Shown: piece by piece, positions 26,106-39,190 of the stretch
Position numbering within the stretch: position 1 is the stretch's first letter
How the letters are laid out: each line of letters opens with the position of its first letter
DNA from: Octopus sinensis
Taxonomy: Eukaryota
DNA length: 64,000 nucleotides
Reading direction: 5' to 3'
Assembly: GCF_006345805.1 (NCBI RefSeq)
Contig: NC_043003.1
Coordinates: 99,138,001-99,202,000, forward strand
Translations under genes and position numbers: made by a program
The notes under the pieces: model-generated
Told to the model about the DNA's origin: nothing
Database searches by the model: none
What the model saw: the letters and a program-made list of their open reading frames with translations, nothing else

Positions 26106-26654
26106 TTTAATTATTAACTTTATCGCACTGCTATTTAAAACTGCTGTAAGCATGCCATGACGCTAAGCTTCCAAATGGACCTGTGCCTCTAGCTATAATA
26201 ATATTGCAGTCTTGTAATACCCCATCATTGTAAACGAAACAGAAACAGCAGATAATTAAAATGTGAAAGTGTTTAATCCTTTTCTTGTTCAAAGCATCTT
26301 CATAAATTTCTTCTAAACGGCTGTATTGCTTTAAGACTTATAGTTAGCCCTCGTTTCATGTTACCAGTCATATAAATCTTTCCTTTCATAAGGCCAAAGG
26401 TACAGTCATGGTTGAAAAAAAATGACAATATGCATCATATACGATGCACGGACGATTGGGAAATGTGTTCTGTGTATCAAATGTGATATACAGGACAAGT
26501 GAAAGGGTTTAGTGTTGGTTATAGAGTGAGAAGCTATCTGGAAACCTGCTTCTGAATTCTATCTCATACTTAACGCTTTCGACCGAGTCGTCTTTGTTTA
26601 TCATTGGATTTGGAATCTGCTTTTGTTCGAGGACGTCGATATGATAACTAGAGA

Positions 26655-26930
26655 TTAAATAAGTACCAGTTACGCACTGGGGCCGATATAATCGACTTAA
26701 TCCGTTTGTTTGTCCTTGTTTGTCCTCCTCTGTGTTTAGCCCCTTGTGGGTAGTAAAGAAATAGGCATTTCGCCCGTCATTACGTTCTGAGTTCAAATTC
26801 CACCGAGGTCGACTTTGCCTTTCATCCTTTGAGGGGTCGATAAAATAAGTACCAGTTGAATACTGGGGTCGAAGTAATCGACTCATCTCTACCTCCCAAA
26901 AGCTGCATATGTGGCAAAGATTTGAAATAG
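26655..26930 (+). mobile_element. Two abutting partial SINE family B copies (3' half, then 5' half)
   Basis: The tail ...gggtagtaaagaaata is followed directly by gcatttcgcccgtc...gagttcaaattcc. Confidence 0.75.
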
Positions 26931-27302
26931 TTATTTAATATAAACTATTGCAGAAAGGCTCACTTTTATGCACTTTAAAATAATAATTGAAAATATTTAA
27001 AATAGGGAGAAAAAGAGGCCAACGAACCTTTGAATGCTTAATGTTAATTAGGTGTAGGAGTTGATCGGCTTCTGGCTAGATTAAAAGTGACGCCTTATTC
27101 CTGTTAAATTATATATTTATATTGTGGGTAGAGGAAAAGTTAATACTCATACATACACACGTGTGTGTGTACACATATGTGTAGATACGTAATATATATA
27201 TATATACATATATATATATTATATATATATATATAATATATATATATAACATATACATATATATATTATATATATATAATATATATACATTATATCTATA
27301 TA

Positions 27303-27340
<38 letters not shown>

Positions 27341-27418
27341 ATACATATATATATATATATATATACATATATATATTACATATAATATATATATATATAT
27401 ATTATATACATATATATA

Positions 27419-27449
<31 letters not shown>

Positions 27450-27477
27450 CATATATATATTATATATATATTATAGG

Positions 27478-27521
<44 letters not shown>

Positions 27522-27524
27522 TAT

Positions 27525-29045
27525 ATAGGTAAACAGTAAAAATTAAATACAGACATGGACAAGAACATGAAACACCACAGAGACGACACAAGAACACAGG
27601 ACGGGACATTCGAAGCCTCAGTCATCAGTCAAGAACCAGATCATCTTAGCAATTTCGGCTGATTAATCTTGAGATTGCTCCGATATGGCCAGCCCAAACT
27701 TCGAATGTATACAACGAAAGGACGGAAAACGATCGAAGTACACAAACAAAAATACAGAATACGTGACACCATAAGAATACAAAAACGTAAAAACAATAAC
27801 GGTTAAAATAAAAAAAAACAACAAACACAAAAACAGGACGAGTAGGACAAGGGTCTTTCGACAGGACGATTTGAGTAGGGGCTGGCTTGTGAAGTTGTGC
27901 CTAAAGGCCAGCGGGGAGACGAGACAAACAAATCCGTGTTGCTTCTGGGCTGCTGCTGAAAACGAAAAGAGCGCTCAACAGCGGCTAGCTGTCACGTGAG
28001 AAGAACAAAACAGGAGAAAGGGACAGAGATGAAAGGGAGAGAAGGTGACGAAAGGGAGAGAGGTGGAGGGAGGAGAAGAAGAAGAGACAGATCGAGGGGG
28101 CTGGGAGGTGAGAGAGATAGAGAAACGTAGAAAGGGGGGGGGGACGGATGGAGAGGGAAAGAACGGAAGTGGAATAAGGGAGGAGGGAGAGAGAGAGAAA
28201 AAGAGACAGATTAAGAGTCGTATCAAAGCTTGAGAAAAAAATATACTTATCGTATAAGGACAATTGTGGATACGTAGCCGCCGATTATATAGGTAAACAG
28301 TATAAAATTTAAATACAGACATGGACAAGAACATGAAACAACACAGAGACGACACAAGAACCACAGGACGGACATTCGAAGCCCTCAGTCATCAGTCAAG
28401 AACCAGATCATCTTAGCAATTTCGGCTGATTAATCTTGAGATTGCTCCGATATGGCCAGCCCAAAGCTTCGAATGTATACAACGAAAGGACGGAAAACGA
28501 CGAATCGAAGTACACAAACAAAAATACAGAATACGTGACACCAATAAGAATACAAAAACGTAAAAACAATAACGTTAAAAATAAAAAATAAACAACAAAA
28601 CAAAACCAGGACGTAGGACAAGGGTCTTTCGACAGGACGATTTGAGTAGGGGCTGGCTTGTGAAGTTGTGCCTAAAGGCCACGGGGAGACGAACAATCCG
28701 TCGTGTTGCTTCTGAGGCTGCTGCTGAAAACGAAAAGAGCGCTCAACAGCGGCTAGCTGTCACGTGAGAACAAAAGACAGGAGAAAGGGACAGATGAAAA
28801 GGAGAGAAGGTGGACGAGGACGAGGAGAAAGAAAGAGACAGATCGAGGGGGCTGGAGGTGAGAGAGATAGAGAAACGTAGAAAGGGGGGGGGGACGATGG
28901 AGAGGGAAAGAAGGAAGTGGAATAAGGGAGGAGGAGGGAGAGGAGAGAGAGAGAAAAAGAGACAGATTAAGAGTCGTATCAAAGCTTGAGAAAAAATATA
29001 ACTTATCGTATAAGGACAATTGTGGATACGTAGCCGCCGATTATA
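27525..29045. repeat. Tandem duplication of a ~760-bp non-coding element
   Basis: 27525-28288 and 28288-29045 match almost throughout, differing mostly by small indels; (TA)n flanks. Confidence 0.92.
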
Positions 29046-29072
29046 TATATACATAATATATATATTATATAT

Positions 29073-29115
<43 letters not shown>

Positions 29116-29117
29116 CT

Positions 29118-29345
29118 GTGGAGGCATATGGCCTATTGATTAGAGCAGCGGACTCTCGGTCGAGGGATCGCGGGTTCGAGTCTCAGACCGGGCTATGTGC
29201 GTGTTTATGAGCGAAACACCTAAGCTCCATGCGGCTCCTGCAGATGGTAATGACGAACTTCTGTTGACTCTTTCGCCACAACTTTCTCTCACCTGCGAGA
29301 GACCGGGAAACCGGCCGTTATGAACCCGGCATGGCTCGAGAAGTC
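29118..29345 (+). mobile_element. SINE family D, internally deleted
   Basis: Matches the 21518 copy. Confidence 0.8.
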
Positions 29346-29702
29346 ACAAGCATATATACACACACACATTAGGGTGTGTGTGTGTGCTTAATGTTTCAAT
29401 TAAGGATATTAGATGGATATTTTAAGGATATTTAAATGATTGGATACATTTGTAAAATCAAATCAAATAGAACGGTTCTTGTGCAAATCATCTTATTAAA
29501 TAAATAAATAAAAACTCTATTAAATAGAATTAAGACATATAGATAGATATCTTCTGTCATGCTAATATACTTTTACTTGTTTCATTAGATTATGGCCTAC
29601 TTAGACGATCAAGTTGACCGCAATGTTTATTCTAGATCTACTTACTAATTGTACCATTTGTATCGGCTCTTTCTCCAGATAAACATCGAAACAAACAAAC
29701 GC

Positions 29703-29745
<43 letters not shown>

Positions 29746-29787
29746 CAATAATAATTCTCTAAATGAGATACAGACAGTAACTGCTCC

Positions 29788-30429
29788 ATAACATAAGGGA
29801 CTAAAGCCATCTGAATATGGCTAGGGACAGGGCAGGGTGGTGGGGGTGTTACTGTTGCATTTAGCCCCAGGCGAACATCGACGTCGCCAGATAGGCTTGA
29901 CCCATCACGGTGTCCTTTAACCTGCAAAGGGAGATAATTCCCGATGAAGCGGAAACCACACACGGACCATGGTTTCAAGGTGTATTGCCTATCATCAAGT
30001 GTGGTAGGCCCCCGCTTCCTCGACGAAATCTCACTCTGCAGGATATTCATATATAGATTTTCAAGAAAATACATTTGCTGATTTCGAAAATCTGTTCGAC
30101 AGCAATAATACGAACAGATTTTCGAAATCAGCAAATGTATTTTGCTTGAAAATCTATATATGAATATCCTGCAGAGTGAGATTTCGTCGAGGAAGCGGGG
30201 GCCTACCACACGTTGATGATAGGCAATACACCTTGAAACCATGGTCCGTGTGTGGTTTCCGCTTCATCGGGGAATTATCTCCTTTGCAGGTTAAGGACAC
30301 CGTGATGGTTGTCAAGCCTATCTGGCGACCGACGTCGATGTTCGCCTGGGGCTAAATGCAACATTAACCACCCCCACCACCCTGCCCTGTCCCTAGCCAT
30401 ATTCAGATGGCTTTAGTCCCTTATGTTAT
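29788..30429. repeat. Long palindrome (~310-320-bp arms, ~12-nt loop near 30099-30110)
   Basis: ...aaaatctgttcg acagcaataata cgaacagatttt...; the arms extend out to ataacataaggg / cccttatgttat. Confidence 0.95.
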
Positions 30430-30450
30430 ATATATATATATATATATATA

Positions 30451-31316
30451 TACGATAGATACTCAAAAGAAACCGGAGTATTATTTTATTCACTTACTTT
30501 TACATGTTTGCACTTTTGCCGCCTTCAAATTATTCAGCTTTTGAAGCAATGCCTCGGTTCAGGCGCGTTTTCCACTATTCGAAGCAGTGTTGGAACTCCT
30601 GCGAAGTGGTGCCTTTTCACGCCTCTGTCATTTTTTTTTCTTCACCTCTTCCACATCGACAAATTCTGTAGCACCAGCTTCAGTCACCTGTGATGACCTT
30701 CGAAAAAAGATCCGGATCAACTTCCAACTATTCTTTTAATTCACAGCACGCATTCAGTCATGACTGCTTTTGATCTCCCGTGAGCAAGCGAGGCACACAT
30801 TTTGCTGCAACTCTCTTCATTTGCAATTCCTTGCTCCAGGACACACCAGTCCTATCAGCAAGTTCGTCAATTGTTCAGTGATGGTCTTCCAAGATCAATT
30901 CACAAATTTTCATGCTTTCATTCGTTCGGGAGGTCGAAGGATGCCCTGAACGAGGTTGGGTTTCAAGCGACAAGCAAACATTCCTAAAGCGTGGAAACTG
31001 CTCATAAACTTCTGTTTTGCTCATGGCAGCGCCATTGTAAGCTGTTTGAAGCATGACACTGAAGCTGCCGTTTCCTTCAGTAGAAAACAGAATTTCACGG
31101 GAAAACGCTATTCCTACGTTACAGCCATCGCAAAAATCGACGAACAGGGGAAAAACACTGCAAAACAAAGACGCACTACGGGGCAATACGACCGCACCCA
31201 ACAACGCCGTTCGGTTGACTGGTGCCTGGGGGTTGCATCAACTGGGTTCTGACAGCAGAAGCCTGAACTACAACGGGTTAGTCCTACGTTTCCGGTTAAT
31301 TTTGGTTACCCCCTCG

Positions 31317-31318
<2 letters not shown>
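30451..31318 (-). mobile_element. Deleted mariner element
   Basis: ORF fragment MLQTAYNGAAMSKTEVYE...RSGHPSTSRT; degenerate TIRs tacgatagatactcaaaagaaaccgg / ccggttaattttggttaccccctcgta. Confidence 0.75.
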
Positions 31319-31342
<24 letters not shown>

Positions 31343-31349
<7 letters not shown>

Positions 31350-31775
31350 ATATTTCGGAATGGTCATTTTGCCAGTTTAGCCAATAAAAACACACGCACT
31401 ATATATTTGGTGTTATTTTGCTTCAGTGTTATTTATTTTTTACATTAATCTTAATCTTATTTCGGCCAGAGTTCTTTCGTCACACTCCTGTGACCGTCTC
31501 AGTGGTCCTTTGTTTTCTTCTTTCTTATTTGTGTCTCTCCTTACTAACCGTCACTTACTAAAATGGCTGACGGTTAGTAAGGAGACAGAAATAAGAAAGA
31601 AGAAAACAAAGGACCACTGATGCGGTCACAGGATTGTGACGAAAGAACTCTGGCCGAAATAAGATTAAGATTAATGTAAAAAATAAATACACTGAAGCAA
31701 AATAACACCAAATATATAGTGCATGTGTTTTTATTGGCTAAACTGGCAAAATGACCATTCCGAAATAAACAATAT
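31343..31775. repeat. Palindrome (~210-bp arms, 14-nt loop) of a Penelope-type terminal fragment
   Basis: ttactaaccgtca cttactaaaatggc tgacggttagtaa at the centre; a hammerhead-like motif in each arm. Confidence 0.92.
31611..31655 (+). ncRNA. Hammerhead-like motif with variant core (mirror copy at 31463-31508, minus strand)
   Basis: cca-CTGATGCG-gtcaca(ggat)tgtgac-GAAA-gaac-TC-tgg; the mirror copy has core CTGAGACG. Confidence 0.5.
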
Positions 31776-31842
31776 CTGTTTCAACACACGACTTCACATA
31801 AATATTTAAACGTATATATATATATATATTATATATATATAT

Positions 31843-32061
31843 TAATTAGAGATAAAACCACTATTAGGCAAATCATACAATGAAAAACTTAAGCCAAAAC
31901 ATAAGATTAATTCATTTATTATATATAAATTAATATTATATATATATATATATATATACTATATATATATTATATATATATATATATAAATTAATTAATC
32001 TTATGTATTGGCTTAAGTTTTTCATTGTATGATTTGCCTAATAGTGGTTTTATCTCTAATT
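31843..32061. repeat. ~75-bp inverted repeat around a (TA)n tract
   Basis: aattagagataaaaccactattaggc... / ...gcctaatagtggttttatctctaatt; a related fragment lies near 47150-47215. Confidence 0.85.
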
Positions 32062-32147
32062 TAATATAATATGATATTTTACTATAAATTAGATTCAATC
32101 CTAAATCTGATTTTTCCCTGTAAGTTTGGATTTATTCCCTAATATTT

Positions 32148-32192
<45 letters not shown>

Positions 32193-32229
32193 TTTATATA
32201 TATAAATATATAAGATCGTTATTTAAATA

Positions 32230-32440
32230 CCTATTTCTTTACTACCCACAAGGGGCTAAACACAGAGAGGACAAACAAGGACAGACAAACGGATTAAGTC
32301 GATTATATCGACCCCAGTGCGTAACTGGTATTTATTTAATCGACCCCGAAAGGATGAAAGTCAAAGTCGACCTCGGCGGAATTAGAACTCAGAACGTAGC
32401 GGCAGACGAAATACCACAAAGCATTTCGCCCGGCGTGCTA
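32230..32440 (-). mobile_element. SINE family B
   Basis: Family match. Confidence 0.85.
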
Positions 32441-33149
32441 GGTGGTCAGCATTGGAATAAAAACCTTCAAAGGTAATAATTATTATTAAAATTATAATTT
32501 AGGGTATCTAAGAGATACCACCACGCTGGAAATAACGGCCAAAACTTGACTCTAAAACCACATTAAATGTTCATACAGCACCAGGAGAGAAGACAAAGAG
32601 ACAAAATAAACTAGCAAAAAAAAATACTGGATTAGTTGCACATACTTGGGTGTATGCATCGACAGTTCAACCAAAGCACCAACTCAAAATTACATATTCA
32701 CAAATACCGGGAACTCTCTTAACTCAAATAATCTTGTCGCTTTGTTAGCGACCGGTTTGAAGCCGCTGAAAATGTCTCTCAAAGGGAACTCAAAGAAAAA
32801 TCATACATTCATACATACATACATGCATGCATACGTACGTATATACATACGCGCACGCATGCATGCATACATACATACATACATACATACATACATACAT
32901 ACACACCACACACACACACACACACAACACACACACACACACATGGTGGCAGCGGCAGCAACGGTGGTGGCGGTGTGGTGATGGTAGCTAAGGGGAAGGA
33001 ATTAAGCGTAGGAAAAAAAGATTCTGAGATAAATATATAATCAAATGTCTGGGAGGTAAATTAAGGTGCGTAGCTATTTGACATCACTGTGACAATGTAT
33101 CCGGGTGTGGTAATGTATGTAAGTGTGTGTAATTGTGCGTATGTGTATA

Positions 33150-33193
<44 letters not shown>

Positions 33194-33359
33194 ATATATA
33201 ATATATATTGCATGTAGGAGGCGGCGTTAGGTGCGGTGCGGAGTGTTAAGTTTTGTTTGTTTTCGGGCGATGGAAGGAGGTGGAAGAGGAGGAGGAAACA
33301 TTGAAAAATAATGAGGGCAAACGGTAGATGGACAAGACTTTGGGAAAAAGCAAGAAAGG

Positions 33360-33745
33360 GGGCAGAGTGGCGGCGGCGGCGGCGGTGGTGGTGATGGTGG
33401 CGGTGGTGGTGATGGTGGCGGCGGCGGTGGCGATAGCGGTGACGGTGGTGATGGCGGTGGCGGTGGCGGTGGCGGCAGTGGCGATGGCGGCGGCGGCGGC
33501 GGCGGCGGCAGTGGTGATGGTGGCGGCGGCGGCGGTGGTGGCGGTGGCGGCGGTGGCGGCGGTGGCGGTGGCGGTGGCGGTGGTGGTGGTGGTGGTGGTG
33601 GTGGTGACGGCGGCTGTGGTAGCGGTGGTGGTGACGACGACGACGACGACGGCGACAACGATGACGAAGATGACGATACCGATGACGAAAACGACGACGA
33701 CGACGACGACGACCACCACCACCACCACCACCACCACCACGATGA
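33360..33745. repeat. GC-rich (GGC/GGT)n microsatellite
   Basis: Runs are directly visible. Confidence 0.92.
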
Positions 33746-34099
33746 CAAGGGAGATATGGATAACCGGAGTAGTGGCAGAAAATAAATGTACCAGATGATC
33801 AGCGATGATACACAGCGAAGATGGGATCATTATCTCTTTATCACGTACCTACTTAACTTGCCTAACTATCAGCCCCTTCCACTGTATCAAAAGTCTCGTG
33901 GGAAACCGGAGATGACAGCAAAGAAGAGATCTAGAAAAAAGATATATAGGGGAATCACTTGGTCTTGGAGGTCAGGAACGATTTGGTTTGTTACCTTTTG
34001 GAATTTGTCTCATTAATCTATCTTATTTGTTGTGTGCACTTGCTCGTTCGTGTATGAGTGCGTGTATATGGATATGCATGTTTATGTATGTATATGTAT

Positions 34100-34515
34100 A
34101 CTCTTTTACTTGTTTCAGTCATTTGACTGCGGCTATGCTGGAGCACCGCTTTTAATCGAGCAACTCGATCCCGGGACCTATTCTTTTGTAAGCCCAGTCC
34201 GTATTCTGTCGGTCTCTTTGCCGAACCGCTAAGCAACGGGGACATAAACACACCAGCATCGGTTGTCAAGCAATGCTAGGGGGACGAACACAGACACACA
34301 AGCACACACACACGCATATATATATATATATATATATTTACATACATATATACGACGGGCTTCATTCAGTTTCCGTCTACCAAATCCACTCACAAGGCTT
34401 TGGTCGGCCCGAGGCTATAGTAGAAGACACTTGCCCAAGGTGCCACACAGTGGGACTGAACCCGGAACCATGTGGTTGGTAAACAAGCTACTTACCACAC
34501 AGCCACTCCTGCGCC
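34100..34515 (-). mobile_element. SINE family A
   Basis: Family match. Confidence 0.9.
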
Positions 34516-34569
34516 ATATATACATATATGTGTGTATGTGTGTGATAAATTCGTTTGATTTTTTTCCAT

Positions 34570-35739
34570 TCATTTTAATCCTTATTTATCATCAACAATT
34601 TTAACAAACCTGATAATAATATAATCTCCATTGTCAATGATTTCTTGCCAATGTTGCATTAGATTATCAATACTTTCCTGACTTGATGAATTCATCGAAC
34701 CGCGTTTTTAGCCCCTCATCGTTGTTGAGCGAAACATCTCACAGACTATTGGGAAGCACTCCGTCGGTTACGACGACGAGGGTTCCGGTTGATCCGAATC
34801 AACGGAACAGCCTGCTCGTGAAATTAACGTGTAAGTGGCTGAGCACTCCACAGACACGTGCACCCTTAACGTAGTTCTCGGGGATATTCAGCGTGACACA
34901 GAGAGTGACAAGGCCGGCCCTTTTGAAATACAGGTACAACAGAAACAGGAAGTAAGAGTGAGAGAAAGTTGTGGTGAAAGAGTACAGCAGGGATCACCAC
35001 CATCCCCTGCCGGAGCCTCGTGGAGCTTTAGGTGTTTTCGCTCAATAAACACTCACAACGCCCGGTCTGGGAATCGAAACCGCGATCCTATGACCGCGAG
35101 TCCGCTGCCTTAACCACTGGGCCATTGCGCCTCCACTCACAGACTATTAGAGAGTGTCCAAAAAAAACAAAAAAGTATTCATCCGAAAGGGTTATATCAG
35201 GATGAGTGTGATAGAACTTCTCAATCGGCCAAATTTACGACATGAAGGCGAGTGTCGTGTTGATTGAAGAAGCATGTCGTGTCACCGGTCGGAGCATTGA
35301 ATTTGGATTGCCGCGTTGAGCCGGTTCATTTGCGGAACGTAATGCCCTGCACTGACCGTGCGGTTCTTTCCAAGCACTTCGTTATGGATTAGCCGTACCC
35401 AGTTCCACCAAACACAAACCATTGTGTTGCGTGGTTGCAGCTCTGGCTCTGTTTGAGGTGCTGATTGCTTGTCGGAATCCAGCCATTCGTTCCTCGTTTC
35501 GTTTTAACATCAGATCACCAAGTTTCATTGCCGTTGACGACGCGTTAAGAAAATCTCTGAGTCCACGAGTAGTCTGGCGTTAAACGCGCAACTGCCAGTG
35601 ATAGAGCAACACTGGGGTTTTGGGCTCAATGCGTGTGGCATCCCTGCACCAAGATTCTTGACCTTACCCATCGTGATGGTGATGGTGATGGGCGACGGTA
35701 TCATGAGAGCGTTCTGTGTTGTTAAATCATTCCCTAGTG

Positions 35740-35740
<1 letters not shown>
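34570..35740 (-). mobile_element. Very decayed mariner relic interrupted by the SINE
   Basis: Weak transposase-like remnants on the minus strand on both sides of the TSD. Confidence 0.4.
34751..35135 (-). mobile_element. SINE with family-D-like head and family-C-like tail, 13-bp TSD
   Basis: TSD ctcacagactatt at 34738-34750 and 35136-35148. Confidence 0.85.
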
Positions 35741-35826
<86 letters not shown>

Positions 35827-35849
35827 TATATATATATATATATATACAT

Positions 35850-36092
35850 ATCAAAGAGGTAAGAATCCCATCAACTTTAAACGGAGTCTGGATAGATTCC
35901 TTCAAGGAATACCAGATCAGCCACCCATAATTGGATACAACTCACCCAACAAAAACTCACTACTTGAATGGACCATAAACAAAACTTGACTTAAACAGGA
36001 TTTAGATAATCCTATCAGGTGGTGCTATTAAGTTAGACATGGCCTGGACGAATCTTTGGTCGAAACATATCTAAGTTTTATCTAAGTTTTAT
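35850..36092 (+). mobile_element. CR1-group LINE 3' end
   Basis: LDRFLQGIPDQPPIIGYNSPNKNSLLEW-stop, then a 3' UTR and (tatctaagttt)2 tail. Confidence 0.7.
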
Positions 36093-36196
36093 AAACATAC
36101 ATATATAATATAATATATATACATGCATATATATACACATATACATATATACATATATATACATATACCTATACAGATACATATATATATATATGG

Positions 36197-36231
<35 letters not shown>

Positions 36232-36280
36232 ATATATATATATATATATATATAATTATATATATATATATATATATATA

Positions 36281-36850
36281 GGCTTCCTTATTTGGGAGCC
36301 CTTTATTATATTTCTATATGAATAATATGTTTCTAATGACTAATTCGTCCTTGTGCTAGGCCACTGGTAATAATAATCTATGTTATTACCCTTTTTGGTT
36401 ATTTCACATATTACTTGATAAATTTGTTCGTAAAACTTTTTACCGGCATGTCCTGTGTCGCCGGGTATATTTTGCGTCTGCGCAGAGGTTTGAAAAGTTA
36501 AGATTTACAAATTGTTAGATCGACGCATGGTCTGATGCTCTGTGAATCTAGAATTAACAAAGGCGTCCCGCTGACGAACCTTGCCTTGGCAAACATATTC
36601 TGTCTGTTTTGCTAGAAAAAGGTAGAAACTGATCAGTCCGGGATATATCGTTAATGGTAAATGTTTTTGATTTTCACTCTCGATGAATTTATCCCTTTTT
36701 GTGTCTCTAGCACTAGGCTTCCTTATTTGGGAGCCCTTTATTATATTCTATATGAATAATATTTTTCTATATGAATAATATTTTGTCTAATGACTATTCG
36801 TCTTTTGTGCTAGGCCACTGGTCTAATAATCTATGTTATTACCCTTTTGT
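36281..36850 (+). mobile_element. Non-coding Penelope/retrozyme-like unit, 435-bp period with ~115-130-bp direct repeats
   Basis: ggcttccttatttgggagccc...atgttattaccctttt at 36281 and 36716; a hammerhead lies between them; (TA)n flanks. Confidence 0.7.
36566..36643 (+). ncRNA. Minimal type-I hammerhead ribozyme
   Basis: tcccg-CTGACGA-acctt[..]aaggt-a-GAAA-ctgatcag-TC-cggga; palindromic helix III ACTGATCAGT; GUC site at 36636-36638. Confidence 0.8.
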
Positions 36851-37849
36851 CCCCTATATATATGCTATATATATATATATATATATATATTCTATATATT
36901 ATACAGTATATGTATTCGACCCGATGAAGCCCTCACACGAGGCTGTCATTGAAAATAAAGAATAATCTTATATAATGGTATATGAATATTTACCAGCAAC
37001 TTAAAATAAGAATGCGGTGCAGAAACAAATGTAGTGATTTACTTATAAAGCTTGATAGCCTCCATCCTCGTGTTATATTATTCTTACATATATACTGCAT
37101 GTATGTATGTATATGCTATATATATATATATATGTATGCGTGCGTGCGTGTGTGTATGTATGTATGTATGTATGTATGTATGTATGTATGTATGTATGTA
37201 TGTATGTGTGTGTGTATGTATCTGCACACACAAATAGGCATATACGCATGCGCACATATACATATTCTTCAGAATTACAAAAGATGAAGAAAAATAAAAA
37301 ATTAAAACGAAATAAAAAAAAATTAAAAAAAACAAGACCCAACAAAATGATGCAAATATTTATTTGCTCTCAGCTGTAATCCAAGGTGCACAGACAGACA
37401 ATAGGGGAAGAAATAATATACAGTACATAATAAATTGTATAAAATATATGCAGTGTCGCAGAAATGAGACTGTGCGACAGTTTGCTGGGGGGTGGGGTGT
37501 TTAGAACTATCGCCCTATACTTTTATTTCATTTCCCAATCGAACTAGACTAAATCGCTGTCTTTAGAACAATCATTTCAATATATATATATATTCTTCAG
37601 AATCGCCAACATTTTCTCTTTTATTAGTTGCACGTATTTGCTTATTTATTTATGTATGGATTTATTTTATTGTTTGTTTGTTTTGTTTATTTTGTTTATT
37701 TGTTTATTGTTTTGTTTTTTAATTGTTGAGGTTAGTGTATCATGTTAACATTTTTTGTGATGGTGGGTGGGTGGATGGATGGATGGGGGAGTAGCAGGAG
37801 TCGGTTGTTTTGTGTGTTAGGATGGGTGTTAGTGGCGTGGTCGTGCTGG

Positions 37850-37941
37850 TGATGATGACAACAACAACAATGATGACGATGGTGATGATGATTATGAGGA
37901 TGATGATGATGATGATGACGATGATGATGATGATAATGATA

Positions 37942-37995
<54 letters not shown>

Positions 37996-38286
37996 GTGGT
38001 GGTGATGATGGTGATGATGGTGTTGATGATAAGGGTATTGATTACGATAGTGGCGATGATGATGTTGATGATGATGTTGATGATGATGATGATGATGACG
38101 ATGATGATGATAATGACGATGATGATGATGATGATGATGATGATGACGATGACGATGATGATGATGATGATGAGGATGATGATAAAGATGATGATGATGA
38201 TGATGACGATGATGATGATAAAGATGATGATGATGACGATGATGATAAAGATGATGATGATGATGATGATGACGATGATGATGATA

Positions 38287-38331
<45 letters not shown>

Positions 38332-38464
38332 GTGTTGGTGGTGGATGATGTGATGATGGTGATGATGATAGGGTATTGATTACGATAGTGGCGATGATGT
38401 GTTGATGATGATGTTGATGATGATGATGATGATGACGATGATGATGATAATGATGATGATGATA

Positions 38465-38501
<37 letters not shown>

Positions 38502-38622
38502 CGATGATCATGATGATGATGATGATGATGATAAAGATGATGATGATGACGATGATGACGATGATGATGATAAAGATGATGATGACGATGATGATAAAGA
38601 TGATGATGATGATGATGATGAC

Positions 38623-38659
<37 letters not shown>

Positions 38660-39012
38660 GTGATGGTGATGATAAGGATATTGATTACGATAGTGGCGAT
38701 GATGATGATGATGATGAGGAGGAGGAAGAGGAACAGAAGGAGGATGATGGTTGTGGTGGTGGTCCTCGTCATGCTATGATAGTGGTTGTGATGTTGATTT
38801 TGATGATGATGATGGTGGTGGTGTGGTGGTGGTGGTGGTGGTGGTGGTGGTGGTGGTAGTAGAGGTGGTGTCGGTGAGGAAGATGAGGAAGATGATACTG
38901 TTGATAATAATGGTGATGGTGGCGTCAATGATAATGTTGATGATGGTGGTGGTAGCGATAATGGTGTTGAAGATGATGCTGATGATGGTGATGATGATGA
39001 TAATGGTAGTAA

Positions 39013-39059
<47 letters not shown>

Positions 39060-39120
39060 TAGCTTGTGGTAATGGTGGTGTTGATCTTTAGGACGATGTT
39101 TATGGTGGTCACGATGAGGG

Positions 39121-39161
<41 letters not shown>

Positions 39162-39190
39162 GGGATCATGGGGATGGTGGGGATGATGAC
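37850..39190. repeat. Long degenerate (ATG)n microsatellite with higher-order repeats
   Basis: The motif (a)gggtattgattacgatagtggcgatgatg recurs near 38030, 38370 and 38675. Confidence 0.92.

Noticed and set aside
29930-30050. CCGATGA...CGAAA as a hammerhead
   Set aside because: The motifs lie within a long simple stem and the junction geometry does not fit.
29601-30242. 213-aa ORF across the palindrome
   Set aside because: A by-product of the inverted repeat and (TA)n tract, with no domain motifs.
37810-39169. Long Met/Ile/Asp-rich ORFs (also 5710-6291, 33227-33830 and the YI-repeat ORFs)
   Set aside because: They are translations of microsatellites.
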